Below, piece by piece: positions 1 through 9,102 of a stretch of 64,000 bases of DNA (positions are counted from its first letter, which is position 1; every line of letters starts with the position of its first letter). The stretch is taken from contig JAVBPR010000013.1 in assembly GCA_031549485.1 (NCBI GenBank), forward strand, positions 1,007 through 65,006, given 5' to 3'. The position numbers were made by a program, and so were the translations under genes. The notes below the pieces were generated by a model that did no database searches, had not been told where the DNA came from, and worked only from the letters and a program-made list of their open reading frames with translations. Source of the stretch: Eubacteriales bacterium. GTDB lineage: Bacteria; Bacillota; Clostridia; Oscillospirales; Feifaniaceae.

Positions 1-302
1 AATCGGGAGATATCGAGGGAACGCCGGGCATTGTTTTGGAAGGGCCTTGCGGAAAAGTTGAGCTTGCAAAAGGGCTTATGGTCGCAAAAAGACATATTCA
101 TCTCACCCCTGAAGAAGCTGCGGGATACGGCGTTTCGGATAAAGAAATTGTCAGTGTGAAACTTGACGGCGCGCGCTCGGTCACATTCGGCGAAACCGTT
201 GTTCGCGTCAGCCCGTCTTTTGCGGCCGCGGTTCATATTGACACCGACGAAGCTAATGCCGCCGGACTTTCGGGCAGCGTCAGCGGAGAAATTATAAAAT
301 AA
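1..302 (+). CDS. pduL: PduL-type phosphate acyltransferase, C-terminal part (5' end outside the window)
   Basis: The frame is open from the window edge (codons from nt 3). The translation SGDIEGTPGIVLEGPCGKVEL..AKRHIHLTPEEA..VRVSPSF..HIDTDEANAAG carries the PduL repeat-domain signature. Stop TAA 300-302 overlaps the next ATG (TAATG). Confidence 0.8.
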   Translation, partial: SGDIEGTPGIVLEGPCGKVELAKGLMVAKRHIHLTPEEAAGYGVSDKEIVSVKLDGARSVTFGETVVRVSPSFAAAVHIDTDEANAAGLSGSVSGEIIK

Positions 303-1270
303 TGGCCGGTTTAAGCAATGTTTTAAACAAGGCGCTCGGCGCGAAATACGCAAAAATGATGAAGATATTTAAAGAAGATGGGCGGGCTGTTGATAAGTCC
401 GCCCTTCAAATGTTTTTCCTTTATCTTAAAATATCAAAAAAATACGGCGCCGCGTTAAGCGATTTTCATCTTTACAAGTTGTATAATAAAACCGATAATG
501 AGATTAAAAAATACATTTTACTTGCGGATAACGTCGCTTTTGTGCGGAAAATGAATAACATCGAGTTCCGCCCGATTTTTGAAGAAAAGACTTTATTTGC
601 AAAGAAGTTTAAAAAGTTTTTTCGCCGCGAATTTTTTATATTGCAGGACGGAAACGAAGAATCTTTCGAAGCGTTCATAAAAGACAAAGAATACGTTTTC
701 GCAAAAAAAGACTATACTTTCAGCGGCTCGGGTATTAAAAAATGTGCCGCGCCGAAATTTGAAACGCTTAAAAATGAAGGATACAGCCTTGTCGAAGAGG
801 CTATTATTCAGCACGAAAAAATGGCATCGCTTAATATGTCATCGGTAAATACCGTGCGAATCGGAAGCGTGCTTTGCGGCTTTGAAGCCGATATCGTTTA
901 CGCTTCTTTGCGCGTCGGCGTCGGCGGCGAGGTCGATAATATGGGAGCGGGCGGCCTGACCGCCATTGTCGATGCGGGCAGCGGAGTGGTTATCACCACT
1001 GCCGTTAATAATAAAGGCGAGAATTTTACGAAGCACCCGATTTCTGGCGTGAATTTTGAAGGTTTTCAAATCCCGTTTTGGGAAGAGGCAAAAAGTTTAG
1101 TAAGGGAAGCCGCGAAACTCGTCCCCGAAGTGCGCTACATCGGCTGGGATGTCGCTTTTTCGGAAAACGGACCTGAAATCATAGAAGGAAATTACCATCC
1201 CGGATATAATGTTTTTCAGGCGGCGGACGGCGGCGGAAAGAAATATATTTTCGAGAAATATGCTAAATAG
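302..1270 (+). CDS. ATP-grasp domain protein (sugar-transfer-associated / TupA-like ATP-grasp family)
   Basis: 322-aa ORF. The C-terminal half (VNTVRIGSV..DNMGAGGLTAIVD..KHPISG..GFQIPFWEEA..IGWDVAFSENGPEIIEGN) resembles the ATPgrasp_ST family. The start overlaps the pduL stop by 1 nt. Confidence 0.65.
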   Translation: MAGLSNVLNKALGAKYAKMMKIFKEDGRAVDKSALQMFFLYLKISKKYGAALSDFHLYKLYNKTDNEIKKYILLADNVAFVRKMNNIEFRPIFEEKTLFAKKFKKFFRREFFILQDGNEESFEAFIKDKEYVFAKKDYTFSGSGIKKCAAPKFETLKNEGYSLVEEAIIQHEKMASLNMSSVNTVRIGSVLCGFEADIVYASLRVGVGGEVDNMGAGGLTAIVDAGSGVVITTAVNNKGENFTKHPISGVNFEGFQIPFWEEAKSLVREAAKLVPEVRYIGWDVAFSENGPEIIEGNYHPGYNVFQAADGGGKKYIFEKYAK

Positions 1271-1281
1271 GCGGTGGCCCT

Positions 1282-1758
1282 GTGGATGAGAGAAAATACA
1301 GTTCCTGTTTTTTTACGGGGCACAGAATCATCTCGGCAAAAGAAGCAGAGCGGCTTGAAAAAGCGCTTGATGCTGCGATTCTTGAGCTTATCGATTGCGG
1401 TGTTACAAGGTTTTTAGCGGGCGGCGCGCTCGGGTTTGATTTACTTGCCGAAAAGGCGGTTTTGCGCGCGAAAGAAAAGCACAAAATTTTACTTTGCCTT
1501 GTTTTGCCGTGCGAAAAACAGGATAAAAACTGGCGCGAAAGCCAGAGAGCTGAATTTAAATATATTTGTGATAATGCAGACGAGATAATATATGCAACAA
1601 AAAAATATATCCCGGGGTGTATGCATCTCCGCAACAGATATTTAGCGGAAAACGCCGATGTCTGCGTTTGCTATTATAACGAAGGACGCAGCGGAGGAAC
1701 GGCTTTTACCGTCGGAATTGCAAAAGAGCGGGGAACCGAAATAATAAATTTGGCATAG
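1282..1758 (+). CDS. SLOG-fold protein, DUF1273 / YpsA family
   Basis: 158-aa ORF with a GTG start. It has the N-terminal CFFTGHR motif, then GGALGFD and a C-terminal GGTAFTV, as in DUF1273/YpsA proteins. Confidence 0.7.
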   Translation: MDERKYSSCFFTGHRIISAKEAERLEKALDAAILELIDCGVTRFLAGGALGFDLLAEKAVLRAKEKHKILLCLVLPCEKQDKNWRESQRAEFKYICDNADEIIYATKKYIPGCMHLRNRYLAENADVCVCYYNEGRSGGTAFTVGIAKERGTEIINLA

Positions 1759-1770
1759 CCAAAATATAGA

Positions 1771-1797
1771 AAAACCTGCCTTTCGGCAGGTTTTGTT
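1771..1797. terminator. Bidirectional rho-independent terminator
   Basis: aaaaCCTGCCtttcGGCAGGtttt: a GC stem flanked by an A-run and a T-run, between convergent genes. Confidence 0.8.
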
Positions 1798-1807
1798 TTA
1801 CATAAAT

Positions 1808-2179
1808 CTAATTATTTTGCTTGCCGCGATAGGATTCCATATAATCCGCATCGGCATCATCAAGCGAGTGGTCGCCGGCCTGGTTTTCAAGATGATGGGT
1901 AAATTCATGAAGAAGTGTTTCCTTTAATTTCGCATATAAAACATCATATGGTACGTTTGCGTAAAATTTCATGAACGAGCCGAAATATATTTTTATATAT
2001 CGGCCGAGATTTCGCTCGCGGCAGTATTCGCCGAGAACATATAAATCCCCTTTGCCTTCGGGGTGCGGTTTTGCCTCGGGCAGGAGGAGGACGCCGCCGT
2101 TGAGATTGTTATAAAATTCCTGCGGAATTTCCTCGGAAATCCGCTCGAGCATTTCTTCCGCTTGTTCGATAGTATACAT
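1808..2179 (-). CDS. Minimal zincin-like metallopeptidase family protein
   Basis: 123-aa ORF with an HEFTHH (HExxH) motif near the C-terminus. Size and layout fit the small zincin (DUF1025-like) family. Confidence 0.65.
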   Translation of the reverse strand: MYTIEQAEEMLERISEEIPQEFYNNLNGGVLLLPEAKPHPEGKGDLYVLGEYCRERNLGRYIKIYFGSFMKFYANVPYDVLYAKLKETLLHEFTHHLENQAGDHSLDDADADYMESYRGKQNN

Positions 2180-2231
2180 AAATTTTCCTTTTTGATATTT
2201 GCATCATTATATATCAAAACAAGAAAATAAT

Positions 2232-2255
2232 AAAGGCGGGATATTTCCCGCCTTT
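2232..2255 (-). terminator. Rho-independent terminator downstream of the MecA-like gene
   Basis: AAAGGCGGGatatttCCCGCCTTT hairpin, followed on the minus strand by a T-rich tract. Confidence 0.7.
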
Positions 2256-2258
2256 GTT

Positions 2259-2756
2259 TTATATTTTAATTCGCTTTCCGGCTTCCTCTAATGCGCAAAG
2301 AGTCATTGAGGGCTCCGAAATCTCTTCGCCGTATTCCGAAAGAGGCGGAAAGGGAAGAGATAAAACGAAATAATAGCTTTCGTTATATTTGTAAACATAA
2401 TATCGCGAATCGGATTTTTTTAAAAGAAGAACTGCGGAAAGAAAATTATCCGAGCCGGTGATTTCATAGATATAATCATATGTAATCTTTTCGGCTGCCG
2501 TCTCGTCTTTTGAGAGTTTGGTAAAACTGACAACGCATCCGCCGCCGAGGCAGGGAAACGCTTCAACATAAAGGCGCCCGCTGTCCGCGCAAAAGCCTAC
2601 CTGCCTTTTCGCGAGATCCAGCGCTTCTTTAAAAATCTTTCTTGTAACCGGTTCTTTATAATCGAGCTTATCATATGAGATGCCGTGGGAGGCAAGATCG
2701 TTTCGGTCAAAAACGACATTAATCTTTCCTTCTTTAAGTAGCATGATGTTCATAAT
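2259..2756 (-). CDS. MecA-like adaptor protein (tentative)
   Basis: The ORF is trimmed to the internal Met (MNIMLLKEGKINVVFDRNDLASHGISYDKLDY..). The N-terminal pattern resembles the MecA adaptor N-domain. The start choice is uncertain (track ORF runs to 2804). Confidence 0.45.
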   Translation of the reverse strand: MMNIMLLKEGKINVVFDRNDLASHGISYDKLDYKEPVTRKIFKEALDLAKRQVGFCADSGRLYVEAFPCLGGGCVVSFTKLSKDETAAEKITYDYIYEITGSDNFLSAVLLLKKSDSRYYVYKYNESYYFVLSLPFPPLSEYGEEISEPSMTLCALEEAGKRIKI

Positions 2757-3011
2757 AAAACTGCCTTTCAAGATGTAATATATGAGCCGGCAGCATGGCC
2801 GCATTCCGGCTTTCTTTTTTAATAATATGTGCGCTTTAAGGCCTATATACTATATTGAAATTATATTGCATTTTGTTAATTAAAAAAAGCTGAAAAATTT
2901 ACCATTATTGCGGTTTTCATCAATTTTAGCTTAAAAATATATTGTTAATTATCTTGTTATTATATATAATTAACTATATATGTAATAAATACAACTTAAG
3001 GGGGAATTTGG

Positions 3012-4364
3012 ATGCCGCTAACATTCAAAGCGGGTATTCACCCGGATTATCAAAAAAAGCATACCGCGGAAAAACCGTCTGAAATTATGCCTGTTCCGGA
3101 AGTCCTGTATATTCCGGTTGCGCAGCATATCGGCGTGCCTGCCGTGCCGGTCGTCAAAAAAGGCGACACCGTCCTGCTCGGACAGGTTATCGCGTCGTCC
3201 GAGGCTGCTGTCTCCGCACGCATTCACAGCCCGGTTTCGGGAACGGTGCGGGATATTGTTATGCATCCCTATCCCGGCGGAATAGAAGCTGAAACGATTG
3301 TAATCGAAAATGATTTTAACGATACCCTGTCGCCTGACGTTAAGGCGTATGGGAAACATATAGACGAAATCACAGCGGACGACTTGGTGGAAATAGCAAA
3401 AAATTCCGGAATTGTCGGAATGGGAGGCGCCGGATTCCCTGCGGCGGTTAAAGTCTCCTCGGCGGTCGGGAAAATCGACACCTTGCTGATAAACGGCGCC
3501 GAGTGCGAGCCGTTTTTGACCTCTGACCACCGCCTTATGTGCGAACAGGCGGAGGAGGTTCTTTTCGGGGTTGAGCTTTTAAGAAAAGGGCTTTCGCTTC
3601 CGGCTGCTTCTATTTGTATTGAAGACAATAAGAAAGACGCGATAAAGGCAATTGCCGAAGCGGCCGAAAAATATATCGGAATAGATGTAAAAGTTCTTAA
3701 AACGAAATATCCGCAGGGCAGTGAAAAGCATATCATTAAGGCGGTTACCGGCCGAGTTGTAAAAAGCGGAAAACTTCCGGTTGATGCGGGTGTGCTCGTT
3801 ATGAATGTCGATTCCGCCGCTTCTTTTGCAAGGGGATTCCGGGATGGAATTCCGGTTTACCGGAGGTATGTGACGGTCAGCGGCGAGGGGATAGAAACCC
3901 CGAAAAATTTGATTGTGCGTATCGGAACAAAACTGTCCGAAATAATTGAGTTTTGCGGCGGATTCAAAGGTGATCCGATGAAAATTATCATCGGCGGGCC
4001 GATGATGGGAACGGCGCAGTTTACGACCGAAGTCCCGGTTATAAAAACAACATCGGGCATCCTTGTTTTCACCGATAAAAGCGCAAGCGGCAAAGAACAG
4101 GGGAACTGCATTAGGTGCGGGCGTTGCGTCCGGGCGTGCCCGATGTTTTTGGAACCGTGTTATCTCTACCGCTTCGCGGTGAGCGAAGACCTTGACAAAG
4201 CCGACCGCTACGGAATGCTTGACTGTATCGAATGCGGATCCTGTTCATATGTTTGCCCTGCAAGAATAAACCTTATTTCACAAATCCGTGTAAGCAAAGC
4301 GCATCTTAATAAACAGCGCAAAGAAATGGCGGAAAAGGAAAAGCAGAGAAAGGAGAACATCTAA
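3012..4364 (+). CDS. rnfC: Rnf electron-transport complex subunit C
   Basis: 450 aa. It has a GMGGAGFP nucleotide-binding motif and two CxxCxxCxxxCP 4Fe-4S motifs (CIRCGRCVRACP, CIECGSCSYVCP). It is first in an rnfCDGEAB gene order, with RBS aaggggga. Confidence 0.95.
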   Translation: MPLTFKAGIHPDYQKKHTAEKPSEIMPVPEVLYIPVAQHIGVPAVPVVKKGDTVLLGQVIASSEAAVSARIHSPVSGTVRDIVMHPYPGGIEAETIVIENDFNDTLSPDVKAYGKHIDEITADDLVEIAKNSGIVGMGGAGFPAAVKVSSAVGKIDTLLINGAECEPFLTSDHRLMCEQAEEVLFGVELLRKGLSLPAASICIEDNKKDAIKAIAEAAEKYIGIDVKVLKTKYPQGSEKHIIKAVTGRVVKSGKLPVDAGVLVMNVDSAASFARGFRDGIPVYRRYVTVSGEGIETPKNLIVRIGTKLSEIIEFCGGFKGDPMKIIIGGPMMGTAQFTTEVPVIKTTSGILVFTDKSASGKEQGNCIRCGRCVRACPMFLEPCYLYRFAVSEDLDKADRYGMLDCIECGSCSYVCPARINLISQIRVSKAHLNKQRKEMAEKEKQRKENI

Positions 4365-5336
4365 GTGAGCGACAAATTTATTGTTTCGGCTTCACCTCAT
4401 CTGAGAAATTCGGAAAATACAACATCGATAATGGGCGACGTCTTGATAGCGCTTTTGCCCGCTCTTATTATGTCGGTGTATCTTTTCGGATTTATGAGCC
4501 TTGTTATTGTTCTCGTTTCGGTTGCGGCCTGTGTGCTGTTTGAATATCTCGGATGTATTGTTTTTAAGAGAAAACAGACTCTTCTTGATTTGTCCGCCGT
4601 TGTTACCGGCGTTCTCCTCGCTTTTAATCTGCCGCCCACGGTGCCCGTCTGGATGCCGATTGTCGGCGCGTTTTTCGCGATATTTATCGTTAAGCAAATT
4701 TTTGGAGGGCTTGGCAGCAATTTTGTCAATCCCGCGCTTGCGGCGAGGGTTTTTCTCCTCAGCTGGCCGCAAGACATGACAAACTATACATATCCGATAT
4801 ATAACCCTCTGGGCAATATTCAGGTCGATGCAATGAGCGCCGCGACTCCGCTGAGTTTTTTGAAAAACGGAAAGCTGCCCGACCAAAGTTTCTTTGAGCT
4901 GCTTCTCGGCAACAGGGGCGGAGTTATCGGCGAAACCTGTGCTATAGTCCTTTTGGCGGGCGGCGCGTATCTGCTTATCCGAAAGGTAATAACCTGGCAT
5001 ATTCCGGTTGCGTTTATCGGCACGGTCGCGCTTTTGACCTTCATTTTCCCGCAGGCGATGCCGAGGCTTGATTTTATGATTTACGAAATCCTCTCAGGCG
5101 GGCTTATTTTAGGCGCGGTTTTTATGGCAACCGATTATGTCACAAGCCCGGTCACCCCATCCGGAAAGATTATTTTCGGAGTCGGCTGCGGCGCGCTCAC
5201 CGTCTTTATCCGATATTTCGGCGGCTATCCGGAGGGGGTTTCGTTTGCGATTTTAATTATGAATACGCTTGCATTTACAATAGATAAATTAACCAAGCGC
5301 AAAAAGTTCGGGGGAGGTGCTGTTAAGAATGCCTGA
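4365..5336 (+). CDS. rnfD: Rnf complex subunit D (membrane, FMN-binding)
   Basis: 323-aa polytopic membrane ORF with a GTG start 9 nt after AAGGAG. It shows NqrB/RnfD-type sequence (SASPH..., ATDYVTSP). Confidence 0.93.
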   Translation: MSDKFIVSASPHLRNSENTTSIMGDVLIALLPALIMSVYLFGFMSLVIVLVSVAACVLFEYLGCIVFKRKQTLLDLSAVVTGVLLAFNLPPTVPVWMPIVGAFFAIFIVKQIFGGLGSNFVNPALAARVFLLSWPQDMTNYTYPIYNPLGNIQVDAMSAATPLSFLKNGKLPDQSFFELLLGNRGGVIGETCAIVLLAGGAYLLIRKVITWHIPVAFIGTVALLTFIFPQAMPRLDFMIYEILSGGLILGAVFMATDYVTSPVTPSGKIIFGVGCGALTVFIRYFGGYPEGVSFAILIMNTLAFTIDKLTKRKKFGGGAVKNA

Positions 5337-6024
5337 TTTTGAAAACAGAGAAGGCGAGCTTTTCAGAAAAGACGAGAAGGAACAACCGATAACGTCTTAC
5401 GGAGAGCTTGACATCGAAAGCGGAAACCTCATTTCTTCTCCGCCGCTTGCCGGCGGAAAATTCGAGCTTGAAAAAATCGATAAAGTAAAAGTTCATAAAG
5501 ATTTCTTCTCGTCAATTCTAAAACCGGCTTTGATTTTGACGGCGATAACCCTTGTCGTCGCACTTCTTTTGGGCTTTGCGAACGCGGTCACGAAAGATAA
5601 AATAGCAGAGCTTGCGGAAAAAGCGCAAAGCGATGCCATGAACGCCGTTTTGCCGGCTGCCACCGAATATAAAGAAAGCGCCGACACCGGCACGGTGAAA
5701 ATTTTCGAAGGCAGCGCTGCGGGCGAAGTTGTAGGCTATGCAGCAAAGGCTTCGCCGATAGGGTTTGGCGGTGCTATTGATCTTGTTGTCGGCGTCGATA
5801 CATCCGGGAACATATTAGGGCTTAAAATAATTTCGATGTCAGAAACACCGGGCATCGGCACAAAAATTACCGATCCCGCTTTTTACGGGCAGTTCGGTTC
5901 CGGCGAGGTCGATACGATTTCGGGAGCCACCATTTCCTCCTCCGCGGTTATCAGAGGGGCAAATGAGGCGGTCGCCGCGGTAAAAGAATTACTCGGAATA
6001 GGGGGAGACGGCAATGGACAATAA
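5329..6024 (+). CDS. rnfG: Rnf complex subunit G (FMN-binding domain) with an N-terminal extension
   Basis: It has a C-terminal FMN_bind-type sequence (GFGGAIDLVVGVD..ETPGIG..ISGATISS). ATG 5329 was chosen (GTG 5317 is also open). It overlaps the rnfD stop. Confidence 0.88.
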   Translation: MPDFENREGELFRKDEKEQPITSYGELDIESGNLISSPPLAGGKFELEKIDKVKVHKDFFSSILKPALILTAITLVVALLLGFANAVTKDKIAELAEKAQSDAMNAVLPAATEYKESADTGTVKIFEGSAAGEVVGYAAKASPIGFGGAIDLVVGVDTSGNILGLKIISMSETPGIGTKITDPAFYGQFGSGEVDTISGATISSSAVIRGANEAVAAVKELLGIGGDGNGQ

Positions 6025-6628
6025 AAAATCATTTTTCAAACCTCTTTTCAACGGGATTCTTACCGAAAACCCGACCTTCATCCAGGTACTCGGCATGTGC
6101 CCGACTCTCGCGGTTACTACAAGCGTTGAAAACGGCATCGGAATGGGGCTTGCGACCACGGCTGTATTGATTTTCAGCAATCTGTTTATTTCGATTTTGC
6201 GAAATATCATCCCCGGCAAGGTCCGCATCGCCGCATATGTCGTTATTATCGCGGGATTCGTTTCGCTCGTTGATATGATTTTGGCCGCATTTGTTCCTTC
6301 GCTTAGCAATTCGCTGGGGCTTTACATACCGCTTATCGTTGTCAACTGCATTATTTTGGCGCGTGCGGAATCTTTTGCTTCAAAGAACGGTCCGGTAACG
6401 TCGATGCTCGACGGACTCGGTGCAGGACTCGGTTTTACCCTTGCGCTGGTCATCATCGCATCGGTTCGCGAAATTCTCGGCAACGGCACGTGGCTTGGGC
6501 TTAAAGTGATGCCGGCTGCCTTCAAACCTGCGCTTATTATGATTTTGCCGGTCGGCGGATTTTTAAGCCTCGGCTTCTTGATGGCGGGAGTGCAGTATTT
6601 ACTTAAGAAGAAAGGAGCCGGGAAATGA
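6014..6628 (+). CDS. rnfE: Rnf complex subunit E
   Basis: 204-aa membrane ORF with an NqrD/RnfE-type sequence (NPTFIQVLGMCPTLAVT). Position in the operon supports the call. Confidence 0.93.
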   Translation: MDNKKSFFKPLFNGILTENPTFIQVLGMCPTLAVTTSVENGIGMGLATTAVLIFSNLFISILRNIIPGKVRIAAYVVIIAGFVSLVDMILAAFVPSLSNSLGLYIPLIVVNCIILARAESFASKNGPVTSMLDGLGAGLGFTLALVIIASVREILGNGTWLGLKVMPAAFKPALIMILPVGGFLSLGFLMAGVQYLLKKKGAGK

Positions 6629-7212
6629 GCAATATTTTTATTATTACCATAAGCGCGATTTTGGTTGAAAATTTCGTCCTTGTAAAATTTCTCGGCATCT
6701 GCCCGTTTCTCGGGGTTTCGAAAAAAACCGACACCGCTTTCGGAATGGGCATGGCGGTCACCTTTACAATGACTCTTGCCTCGGCACTCACATGGGCGGT
6801 GGACAGGTTTATTCTTATCCCGCTCGAGCTTGAGTATATGCGCACCGTCGCATTTATCCTTGTTATCGCGGCTCTTGTGCAGTTTATCGAAATGGCGCTC
6901 CAAAAACTTTTGCCTGCGCTTTATCTTTCGCTCGGAATATATTTGCCGCTGATTACGACAAACTGCGCGGTGCTCGGCGCGGCGCTTATAAATATCCAAA
7001 ACGGATATTCCTTTATCGAATCGGTTGTTTTCGGGCTTACTGCAGCGCTCGGGTTTACCCTTGCGATCGTGCTTTTTGCCGGAGTAAGGGAGAGGATAGA
7101 GCATAACAATATTCCCGAAAGCTATAAAGGATTCCCGATTGCGCTGATTTCCGCATCGCTTCTTTCGCTTGCGTTCCTCGGTTTCCAGGGACTTAAGATA
7201 GGAGGCATGTGA
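6625..7212 (+). CDS. rnfA: Rnf complex subunit A
   Basis: 195-aa membrane ORF with an NqrE/RnfA-type sequence (NFVLVKFLGICPFLGVS). It overlaps neighbours at both ends. Confidence 0.93.
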   Translation: MSNIFIITISAILVENFVLVKFLGICPFLGVSKKTDTAFGMGMAVTFTMTLASALTWAVDRFILIPLELEYMRTVAFILVIAALVQFIEMALQKLLPALYLSLGIYLPLITTNCAVLGAALINIQNGYSFIESVVFGLTAALGFTLAIVLFAGVRERIEHNNIPESYKGFPIALISASLLSLAFLGFQGLKIGGM

Positions 7213-8012
7213 TGGATATAATGAATATTCTCAAAGCGACTCTTTCGCTTTCGGCTATGGGAATCATTTTCGGCCTGATTTTAGGATACTCCTCTAAAGT
7301 TTTCGCGGTAAAAGTAGATGAAAAAATCCCCGCGATTGCAGATTGCCTTCCGGGAGCCAACTGCGGCGCGTGCGGTTTTGCGGGATGTGAGGCATATGCA
7401 AAATCAATCGTCGGCGAAGGAAGCGGGATTACGCTTTGCAGCGTCGGCGGTGCCGCTACCGCGGCGAAAATCGCCGAGATAATGGGGGTTTCGGCCGAAG
7501 ATGTTAAATCTTTTGTCGCTACCGTAAGATGTTGCGGCGCAAACAGCGACACCGAAAAGAAATATAAATACATCGGCATTGAGAGCTGTGATGCCGCAAT
7601 GCGCCTTGCCGGCGGTGAAAAAACCTGCAAAAACAGCTGTATCGGGCTTGGTACCTGCGTAAAGAGATGCGCGTTCGGCGCGATTGAAATAAGCGACGGA
7701 GTCGCTTACATTAATCCCGAAAAATGCACAAGCTGCGGTCTTTGCATCGAAAGTTGCCCGAAAAGCTTGATAACTTTGGTGCCCAAAGAAAACAGGTATT
7801 ACGTCGGGTGCAGCAACATGGATAAGGGCGGAGTGACGCGAAAAATTTGCGAAGTCGGCTGTATCGGCTGTAAAATCTGCGAAAAAGCATGTGAATATGA
7901 TGCGATTCACGTTACCGAGAATTTTTCGAAAATCGATTACGAAAAGTGCGTGAGCTGCGGCGAATGCGCCGAAAAATGCCCGAGAAAGATTATTAGAATA
8001 AGAGAAATATAA
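7212..8012 (+). CDS. rnfB: Rnf complex subunit B (polyferredoxin)
   Basis: It has an N-terminal anchor, a CGACGFAGC putative Fe-S domain, then several CxxCxxCxxxCP motifs. ATG 7212 overlaps the rnfA TGA, and GGAGG lies 6 nt upstream. Confidence 0.92.
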   Translation: MDIMNILKATLSLSAMGIIFGLILGYSSKVFAVKVDEKIPAIADCLPGANCGACGFAGCEAYAKSIVGEGSGITLCSVGGAATAAKIAEIMGVSAEDVKSFVATVRCCGANSDTEKKYKYIGIESCDAAMRLAGGEKTCKNSCIGLGTCVKRCAFGAIEISDGVAYINPEKCTSCGLCIESCPKSLITLVPKENRYYVGCSNMDKGGVTRKICEVGCIGCKICEKACEYDAIHVTENFSKIDYEKCVSCGECAEKCPRKIIRIREI

Positions 8013-8018
8013 CGAAGA

Positions 8019-8954
8019 ATGAAAAGATACGGATATAGACCACATAAAAAGAAAAGCAGGCTGCCGTTTACCGTCCCGAAATATGTCGGGACGGTTTGCC
8101 TTGCTGTAATTTTAGCGCTGATTGCGGGTGCTTTTGTTTCGGGAATGTTTAATAAAACAGCCGCGAAAGATGATGACACGCAAAGCGGCGCCGATACTTC
8201 GGACGGTGCGCAAGGCGGTGATTCAGGCGAAACGCAGGGAGATGACAAAAGCGAAGGTTTCGGAGGTCTTATTATCTCGCTTGCGGATATTTCGGATGTA
8301 GCGAAGATAAAAGAAGAGATGGAAAACACCGGGGCAGACGCGGTGATTATCGACTTTAAAAATGATGCTGGCAAATTTAATTTTCCCGCGCCGAAAGCCG
8401 GAAAAATTGTCTCGGGCGGGCTTGCTGCGGATGCGCTTTCGGTTGACAACATCGAGCCGCTTCAACAAGCCGGAATAAAAGTCGGCGCGAGAATTTCATG
8501 TTTTAAAGACGATTTTGCGGCCGAGAGCAAACTCGGCGCGCAACTTAAAGAGAAAAACGGGGAAATATGGAGTGACGCCGCAAAAAAGTATTGGCTAAAT
8601 CCATATCTCGAAGAAACAAAAAACTATCTTTCCGCAGTTATCGAAGACGCTGTTTCAGCGGGGTTTGATTTTATCGTTTTTGATAATATTTCTTTTCCGC
8701 AGAGCGGAAAAACCGAAAATATTGATTTCGGCGAAGATGCGCCCGACAAAAGCGCCGAGATTTTATCTTGCGTTACCGCTTTTTGCGAAGTTATAGGCGG
8801 CCGCGCGGGTGCTTATTTAATCCTGCCGGAAATCAGCTTTACCGAGCCGGAAAAAGCGGCGGAAATAGGGCAAAGAACCGATTTTTCGGACTATCCGTGC
8901 CCGGTTTTGAGGATAAACAGAAATATCGCCGCGGAATACATTTTGGGCGAATAA
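8019..8954 (+). CDS. Membrane-anchored protein with a putative glycoside-hydrolase-like (DUF4015-type) domain
   Basis: 311 aa. It has an N-terminal TM segment and an acidic G/D/S linker. WLNPY and GFDFIVFDNISFP resemble the DUF4015 TIM-barrel family. Confidence 0.5.
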   Translation: MKRYGYRPHKKKSRLPFTVPKYVGTVCLAVILALIAGAFVSGMFNKTAAKDDDTQSGADTSDGAQGGDSGETQGDDKSEGFGGLIISLADISDVAKIKEEMENTGADAVIIDFKNDAGKFNFPAPKAGKIVSGGLAADALSVDNIEPLQQAGIKVGARISCFKDDFAAESKLGAQLKEKNGEIWSDAAKKYWLNPYLEETKNYLSAVIEDAVSAGFDFIVFDNISFPQSGKTENIDFGEDAPDKSAEILSCVTAFCEVIGGRAGAYLILPEISFTEPEKAAEIGQRTDFSDYPCPVLRINRNIAAEYILGE

Positions 8955-9051
8955 ATAAAAAAACATCAAAATATTGTGGTTTTTGCTTAAAATACTATTG
9001 AAAATTAAATAGTATTATTATAAAATTATTTTGTATTTTTTTGAAATATCT

Positions 9052-9083
9052 CATGCTTCGGCAGCGCGTTTTGCCGAAGCATG
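9052..9083 (+). promoter_or_regulatory. Strong 12-bp stem-loop in the pur operon leader, 5 nt upstream of the purE RBS
   Basis: CATGCTTCGGCAgcgcgtttTGCCGAAGCATG, followed by atttgtgAGAGGAG. No purine-riboswitch core was seen. Confidence 0.45.
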
Positions 9084-9102
9084 ATTTGTGAGAGGAGATT
9101 GC

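Noticed and set aside
2860-2975. Rex-type operators and a 9-bp inverted repeat (GTTAATTAT, 13-nt gap, ATAATTAAC) upstream of rnfC
   Set aside because: Only TTGTTAA half-sites are present, without the paired TTAACAA half. The region is extremely AT-rich, so short palindromes are expected by chance.
6322-7104. 260-aa ORF on the minus strand, antisense to rnfE/rnfA. Similar long antisense ORFs occur at 12821-13354, 16338-16973, 30180-30899, 45262-45933, 51287-51961, 53271-53894 and 61840-62514.
   Set aside because: Each lies entirely inside a well-supported conserved gene on the other strand. They have Arg/Lys/Ser/Pro-rich low-complexity translations, no convincing RBS and no recognisable motif. 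They are typical shadow ORFs.
8955-9102. Possible purine or ZTP riboswitch upstream of purE (also checked at 36840-36960 upstream of guaA)
   Set aside because: None of the conserved core elements could be found by eye, only simple hairpins. This needs a covariance-model scan to be certain.
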